This document shows, one piece after another, positions 58,332 through 64,000 of a DNA stretch of 64,000 nucleotides. A program made the position numbers and the translations under genes. Source of the stretch: a virus (Duplodnaviria; Caudoviricetes); IMG/VR virus record IMGVR_UViG_3300033513_000001, positions 1 through 64,000 of that record; one strand, given 5' to 3'. Numbering within the stretch: the stretch's first letter is position 1; each line of letters starts with the position of its first letter. The notes beneath the pieces were generated by a model, which saw nothing but the letters and a program-made list of their open reading frames with translations, had not been told where the DNA came from and did no database searches.

Positions 58332-58883
58332 ATGGCAGACTACTATGCCTACAGTGGTACTGATACCACATGGTACACTTGGAACAACGATGCGACCAGC
58401 AGCGCAAATACCTGCTGGCAATCGTGGACAAGCGGGACGTATGGAACGAGCGAAACGTATGGGGCGAACTCGGTCACAGTAGCATCAAGAGGCAATGCGG
58501 CAAGTCCATCCCCAGAGGAACGCGCTAGGATTGAGCAAGACCGCCAGCGTCTTGCGCGGGAATCGGAAGAAAGGGAGCGCAGTCGGAGGGAGTCTGGTCA
58601 ACGGGCCGAGGCTCTGCTCAAAAGCCTGCTGACCGATGACCAGCGCAAGTCGCTTGAGGAAATGAAGCGGTTTGCCATCCGTAGCGAAACGGGAAAGCCA
58701 TACCGCATTCGGCTTGAAAGTAGTATGAATGTGGACGAGTTAGACGAACAGGGCAAGGTTCTGAATACCTATTGCCTTGTACCGAAAGAGCCTCTGCCCC
58801 TGTGCGACAACTTGGCAATCCAGAAACTCATGCTTGAAACAGCAGAGGCAGAGTTCTTGAGGATTGCCGCCAAGAGGCGCTAG
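58332..58883 (+). CDS. Hypothetical protein coupled to the GG-ending protein
   Basis: W/T/S-rich N-terminus, coiled coil, then YRI...NV..LD...YCLVP...D.LAIQKLMLE. Confidence 0.6.
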   Translation: MADYYAYSGTDTTWYTWNNDATSSANTCWQSWTSGTYGTSETYGANSVTVASRGNAASPSPEERARIEQDRQRLARESEERERSRRESGQRAEALLKSLLTDDQRKSLEEMKRFAIRSETGKPYRIRLESSMNVDELDEQGKVLNTYCLVPKEPLPLCDNLAIQKLMLETAEAEFLRIAAKRR

Positions 58884-58958
58884 TCTTGTTCAGTTAGTCT
58901 TGATTCTGCCAGCGGTGTGAGGTGTTCCGCTGGCAGAGTTTTCTATTACGGCGACACA

Positions 58959-59000
58959 TGACATTCGTCACTATGCGCTGAGGGAAAGTTGGGATAGAAT
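58959..59000 (+). promoter_or_regulatory. Palindrome plus promoter with a poor -35
   Basis: TGACATTCGTCAC(58959-58971), then TATGCG-N17-TAGAAT(58995-59000). Confidence 0.6.
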
Positions 59001-59022
59001 AGGGAAAACGAAAGGGGGCAAG

Positions 59023-59286
59023 ATGATTCAGGTCAAGCGAGACAACGGGAAAGTCACCATTGAGGTTGAGACTGGATTGGCGTTTGATTGCGCGGGAACG
59101 AAAATCACGACACTTGCATTTGAGTGGAATGTGGCGCATCCGTACTTGGCCGATGTCCTGCGCCGATACGTCAAGAAACTTTTGTCTGACGCAATCAGTA
59201 AAACTCGCCAAGAGTATTATGAGGCTGGCTGGAGGGATGCCAAGTCAAAGCAAAAGAAAGCGGACTGGTTCAGCGGGGAACTGTGA
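59023..59286 (+). CDS. Hypothetical protein
   Basis: GGGGGCAAG then ATG. Confidence 0.55.
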   Translation: MIQVKRDNGKVTIEVETGLAFDCAGTKITTLAFEWNVAHPYLADVLRRYVKKLLSDAISKTRQEYYEAGWRDAKSKQKKADWFSGEL

Positions 59287-60131
59287 TTTTTGCAGATGAC
59301 ACTGAGGCCCGCAAGACCACCCGACTCCCCAAGTCTGTCAGGGACGGGGCTAGGGTCTTGACTGGCCTAGAGGACGCAACGGGCGCAGACCTCTTGCTTT
59401 ACGACGGCGATGTTTCCCTTGACGCCGTTGACGACACGCCTCTAGCCCAAGCCCGACTTCGCAAGATGTGTCAAGACGGCATTCTGATTCAGCGCAAGAC
59501 AGAACGTGATGTGTGCAACAGCATCCCCCGACTCAAGGAACACCTTGCCAAGATGCAACTCTGGTGTCCCTTCTGCTGGCTGGCGGTGGAGGGGCATATC
59601 ACTAGGGCGCTGGACGGCAAGACCTCAGTCTTGAAACGCGAGAAACACTACCAAAGCGGAAAGGTCTTTGTCTTGTACGAGAAAACGGGATGGGACTATG
59701 GTGCTTACCTTGCCGCAATCGTCAAGTGGCAACTCAGGGGCGGCCTGTACCTACCCGTCCCGAACGCTGATGCCTGGCCTTCGGCTCTTGTGACAGTGAC
59801 ACGTGTCACTCAACACTTGAGAAAAGAGCCGGAAAAGGTTATCATTGGGCATGAGAAAGTCCAGACCTTGAGGATTGAGGACAGGCAAATTGCAACAGTG
59901 GCAAGCCTGCCCGGACTTGGCGGGAAACGAGCACCGATGGTGTGGGCGCAGTACCACAACCTAGCCAACTTGATTGTGGCGTTGTCAGACCCGTACCAAG
60001 AGACGGACGGCGTAGGTACAAAAGGACAACACAATATCCGTCAGTATCTCGGACTAGAGTCAACGGAGAAGCTGGCAAAGGTCGCGGTAGACGAAGCGAA
60101 AAAGCCGCTCGGTGACGAGCCTAACTTTTAG
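59283..60131 (+). CDS. ERCC4-like nuclease with helix-hairpin-helix
   Basis: GADLLL, ILIQRKT..DV..SI, LAVEG; HhH SLPGLGGKRA. Confidence 0.6.
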   Translation: MIFADDTEARKTTRLPKSVRDGARVLTGLEDATGADLLLYDGDVSLDAVDDTPLAQARLRKMCQDGILIQRKTERDVCNSIPRLKEHLAKMQLWCPFCWLAVEGHITRALDGKTSVLKREKHYQSGKVFVLYEKTGWDYGAYLAAIVKWQLRGGLYLPVPNADAWPSALVTVTRVTQHLRKEPEKVIIGHEKVQTLRIEDRQIATVASLPGLGGKRAPMVWAQYHNLANLIVALSDPYQETDGVGTKGQHNIRQYLGLESTEKLAKVAVDEAKKPLGDEPNF

Positions 60132-60142
60132 GAGAGGGAAAG

Positions 60143-60505
60143 ATGAAAAAGCGAACCGCGAAGCAACTAGAGAAGGTCATCCAGAAAGCACGCGAGGAAC
60201 TTTACGAGATTGAGAAAAAGCAGACCCAGAAACGCAACGCGGCCCTAGTGGGCAAGTGCTTCAAGTTTCTCAACTCGTATGGCGGCGGGAACGACGAGTG
60301 GTGGACACACGAAAAGGTCTTGGGCGCAGAGGGCATGATGCTCCTCGTGTTCCGATTTGAGACAGACTGCTACGGCAAAATTTCAATTGAGCCGTATGAC
60401 CAGACATCGGTTGTTCCGTATGCGGACAATGGCTATATCGAGATTACACCCGACCAGTTTCACGCAGAGTGGCAAAAACTTCTTGCGGGGCTGAATCAGT
60501 TATGA
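60143..60505 (+). CDS. Hypothetical protein
   Basis: GGAGAGGG RBS then ATG. Confidence 0.55.
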   Translation: MKKRTAKQLEKVIQKAREELYEIEKKQTQKRNAALVGKCFKFLNSYGGGNDEWWTHEKVLGAEGMMLLVFRFETDCYGKISIEPYDQTSVVPYADNGYIEITPDQFHAEWQKLLAGLNQL

Positions 60506-61086
60506 CCCGCCAACAAGACCGTGACAGCGCCATCCTAGAGTGCCGCAAGATTGTGTCTGGGCCGTTTGTTTGTCTTGACACGGAAACCACATCCCTTGAC
60601 TTGCCCGAAGCCTGCCAAATCGCTCTTGTCAACCAAGACAGCGAGGTGGCCGAAACGCTGGTCAAGCCAAGCAAGCCGATTGAGGCGGGGGCGACTAGGG
60701 TACACGGAATCACCAACGAGATGGTCAAGGATGCGCCTGACTTCATGGGTGTGTACGCTGAACTCAGAGGCGAGACAGTCAGTGTGCCCGTCGTCATCTA
60801 CAACGCCAAGTTCGATTTGGAAGTTCTGCGTAACTCTGCCAAGTCGTGCGGCATCCTGAACTATGAGTTGAACAGCACGGTTCACGATGCCATGCTCCTT
60901 TTCGCCAAGTTTCGCGGTGTCAATGACTTCCGACACGGCCACTACCAGTGGTTCAAACTTGGCGAAGCCTGCCGAATGTGCAACATTGCTCCCGTCGGCC
61001 AGCTTCACGGCGCGGCGGTGGATGCGGAGATGACCAGAAGGCTGGTTGTCTTTATGGCGGAACAAAAACTTTCAACGGAGGAATGA
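60502..61086 (+). CDS. DEDDh 3'-5' exonuclease (DnaQ-like)
   Basis: CLDTETT, VHGIT.EMV.DAP.F, IYNAKFDL, LHGAAVDA. Confidence 0.9.
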   Translation: MTRQQDRDSAILECRKIVSGPFVCLDTETTSLDLPEACQIALVNQDSEVAETLVKPSKPIEAGATRVHGITNEMVKDAPDFMGVYAELRGETVSVPVVIYNAKFDLEVLRNSAKSCGILNYELNSTVHDAMLLFAKFRGVNDFRHGHYQWFKLGEACRMCNIAPVGQLHGAAVDAEMTRRLVVFMAEQKLSTEE

Positions 61087-61424
61087 GATGATTCCAACTT
61101 CGTTTGCTGTGACCTTTGTCATAGTCCTTACAGTCGTTGCGGCTCTTTGGATTAGTTACATTGTCGGGACAATGCGAGGGTACAAAAAGGGGCTGGAAGA
61201 TGCTGACAAGTTATGGAGAGACAGCAGGAGGACTAGATGAACGCCAACGACCTGATTGACAAACTGGTGTGCCTAGCGCAAGGATGTGAGGAGGCTGTGG
61301 CTGAACCAGTTATCGTATACACATACAATCCCATTGGCGGTTCAAATGAATCGGGAATTGCAGTGTACGATTCAAGCCACAACAGAATCGGCACGGTCAA
61401 TCTTGAGACAGGAGAAATGACAAA

Positions 61425-62483
61425 GTGCAACAGCTAAACGGAATCATCCATGTGTGCGGCGAGAATGACACCGGGAAAACCACCTTTGCCCTAGAGTGCG
61501 GCGCAGACCCGAACCGCATCCTGTTCTTTGACGACGACGTAAAGGGACGCGCCACGATTCGAGACATGATTGAATCGGGCATCCTCAAGGGCGGTGAGAA
61601 CTATTACGATTTGCCTTCTCTGTCACGCGGTAAGCGCGAAACCGACTTCCACGATGCCATTATGAAGATTCTTGACGGTGTAAAGCCGGGTCAGTTTGAC
61701 GCCATTATCTTTGACACCTGGACGCGCTTCGCCTCCACCTGCACGGCGAAAGTCAAGGCCAATCCAGACAAGTACCGCCAGTTCTGGGCGCACGATGGGC
61801 GAATCAAGGGAGCAGAGTGGATTCAGGAAGGGCAACTTCTGGAAGCCTCGGTGACTGACCACTTGCTTGAACTGACCCAGACTGTCATCTTGGTGACGCA
61901 CCTGAAGGACTTTTACCTGAACAACGCAAAGGTTGAGGGCAAGCAGATTCCAGCGGCCAGCCGAACAGTCAGCCGAGTGCCGCGTATGCGAATCTGGCTC
62001 AGGCAAAACCCGTCAGGGCGGCCTGTTCCCATCGGCTTGTTGCTCAAGCGGCTTGACCGCAAGGAGATGATTGAGGGCAAGGGAATCCGAACCGTCAACA
62101 TCCTGCCGCGCAAGATTACGCCGCACGACGACGAGCATAGCGTGTGGGATTCCATCTGGCGCTATTGGGCCAATCCCGTGGGCGACAGAGTGCCGCTACC
62201 AGAGGAAACACCAGACGAGTTTGAGTTGTCCATCCTTGACAGCACCCTGACCCGCGACCAGCGGCGCACCTTCAACCTGATGGTCGAGAAGGGCTTGGTC
62301 GAGAAAGAGGAAGTGGATAACACGCCTGTCCCAGAAGGCTTGCCCACAGTGACGATTGGACAGCCTGACCGAACCGCCGAGATTCGCCAAGCCCTGACCG
62401 AAGGGAAAGCGCCGCCCGTCATCGCGCAAGAGTTGGGAGTGGCGCTGCCAGAGGTCTTGAAGGTCAAGGCGGGGATGCAATAG
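61425..62483 (+). CDS. AAA/RecA-like ATPase (Sak4-like recombinase candidate)
   Basis: Walker A GENDTGKT, IIFDTW, VILVTH. Confidence 0.7.
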   Translation: MQQLNGIIHVCGENDTGKTTFALECGADPNRILFFDDDVKGRATIRDMIESGILKGGENYYDLPSLSRGKRETDFHDAIMKILDGVKPGQFDAIIFDTWTRFASTCTAKVKANPDKYRQFWAHDGRIKGAEWIQEGQLLEASVTDHLLELTQTVILVTHLKDFYLNNAKVEGKQIPAASRTVSRVPRMRIWLRQNPSGRPVPIGLLLKRLDRKEMIEGKGIRTVNILPRKITPHDDEHSVWDSIWRYWANPVGDRVPLPEETPDEFELSILDSTLTRDQRRTFNLMVEKGLVEKEEVDNTPVPEGLPTVTIGQPDRTAEIRQALTEGKAPPVIAQELGVALPEVLKVKAGMQ

Positions 62484-62491
62484 GAGGCAGC

Positions 62492-63867
62492 ATGAAGCAA
62501 CTTACAATTGTCACGCCGCTTGGAACTTTCGAGGGAAAGCCGCAAAGCGACACAGACATTGATGTCACTATGGGACGACGAACGACCTTTGACACCTATC
62601 TAGCGCAAGTGGGTGGCTGCACCGTCATTCCAGTTGGGATAGCGAAAGACTCTATCTTTGTCGTCAAGGATGTTGGGGAAAGCAACCTCGTTTTCGTCAA
62701 GGACGCTGAATGACCATCCTTGAAGATATGGCAGGGATGCAATGATTTGCGGTATGCACAAGAAGGGTATCTGGTGGTTTCGCATTCTCGGAGTAGGGCT
62801 ATCGGGAAAGGACACTCGCCTGCACCCGCTTCTATTCTCGGAGCGAAACGGTTATCAAAAAGGGCTGCGCTTGGGAAACTGGATGTTCCATTTCCTACCA
62901 TATATGAAAGAGGGCAAGTGACCATCCTTGACAATGATGCAGGGAGAAAAGAAATGACAAAGAAAAATCTAGTCTATCTGATAGTTGGGGCCGCAATGCA
63001 GGTAGCCGTAAGTTGCTCTTTGGAGTTAGTGGGCATTCATCCTGACCCATGCCAGCAAGTATTGGCGGCAATCATCCTTGTTTCTATAGCAGTCGCAGTG
63101 AGCCTCACAAAATGACAATCATAGACGACATGGAAGCCTGCGCCGCTTCCCGCTCCGTTTGGCTTGTCGAAGAAGCCAACCGAGAGCCTGATGAGCAAGA
63201 CCCAGTACAGAGAGCCTTCGGCGCGGGGTTCTTTGAGGGCAACGACTACGGTTTCAATCGGGCTGTGAAGATGGCACTGGTCAGGATTGACCCGAAAGAG
63301 GTCTGTGAGATTTTTGGACTCAAGCCGATTGAGGTTGTGAAGATGAAGGCGGGATTATGAGTGAAGACCCTAGAATTGCAATCTACAACAACAAGTTTGG
63401 TGTGTCCCTCGCTTTGGCAGGCTACCTTGTCTCTGGCGAGGGACTGAGCGATGTTCTGAGAGCCATCGTCGTGTCCAAGATTGAGGTTGGGCCGATTCAG
63501 GAGAGGCTTGCCAAGTTGGGCGAGGCGCTGGCGACGATTGGGAAACCGATTGAGGTGAGCAATGAATGACCTGCCTGGATACGATAAGGCAACTGAACTA
63601 GGATACACTCTACATCACTACAGCGGTGACAGGAAGCAAGCAAGTTACCTCAAGGACGGAGTAACTCTGACTGTAAGAAGGACGCCTACAAGTGTGTATG
63701 GATACGATGAACTGAAAGCTGAATTGTGGGCAGTGCTTGGTCTTGTTGAACTTCGCGTTTCTGATTTCCAGTTCCCTCACCCGCGATTCGAGATGCTTGA
63801 GAAACAGATTAGAACTGTTCTGAACGTATGCAATGCTGAATCTGAGGCAGAGCGCAATGCCGCCTGA
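62492..63867 (+). CDS. Chain of small hypothetical genes (62492-62713, ~63112-63360, 63357-63569, 63562-63867)
   Basis: ATGA-coupled short ORFs. Confidence 0.5.
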
Positions 63868-64000
63868 GATTTGGGCCTACTGCCAATGCGTTGGGGAGCG
63901 CCACTCGGATTGGGCTGTCAAAGGCGCTCAGAACTTTGGCGGCGTTCTGATGACGGTGATTGAGTGCGAACGCTGTCACAAGTTGAAAAGAGTCAAGAAA

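Noticed and set aside
1-64000. tRNA, rRNA, integrase, reverse transcriptase/DGR or retron
   Set aside because: No cloverleaf, tyrosine/serine recombinase or YADD-type RT motif was recognised; they could lie outside the window.

Overview
The whole window is bacteriophage DNA, apparently a long-tailed Caudoviricetes genome segment. No host genes, integrase, tRNA or rRNA were recognised. Gene order: short leftward hypotheticals (1-2.0 kb); terminase small and large subunits; a ~9.6 kb accessory block; portal; protease/kinase cluster; gpF-like head protein; a 1299-aa protease-scaffold-capsid polyprotein; head-tail and tail genes with a -1 frameshifted chaperone; tape measure; FN3-rich baseplate protein; a glycosyltransferase/TPR/FkbM fusion beside a GYT collagen-like fibre; lysis genes; then early and DNA-metabolism genes. 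A C-terminal YLPLVRR motif suggests a Chloroflexota host. Two candidate RNA-guided systems stand out. (1) At 5376-7104, three non-coding tracts of strictly phased xGY-NN pentamers (15+15+30 units) surround a RAMP/Cas7-like gene and two paralogous HNH genes. (2) At 52.2-55.0 kb, a TIGR-Tas operon has three 36-nt dual-repeat arrays (4+11+5 units), a Nop-domain, nuclease-less TasA-like protein and an embedded metallophosphoesterase. The phage also encodes a DUF1874/AcrIII-1-like ring nuclease and has a recurring GTGACATTYGTCAC palindrome abutting several -35 boxes. All protein calls come from motifs read by eye. No database searches were run, and start codons are best guesses from RBS context.
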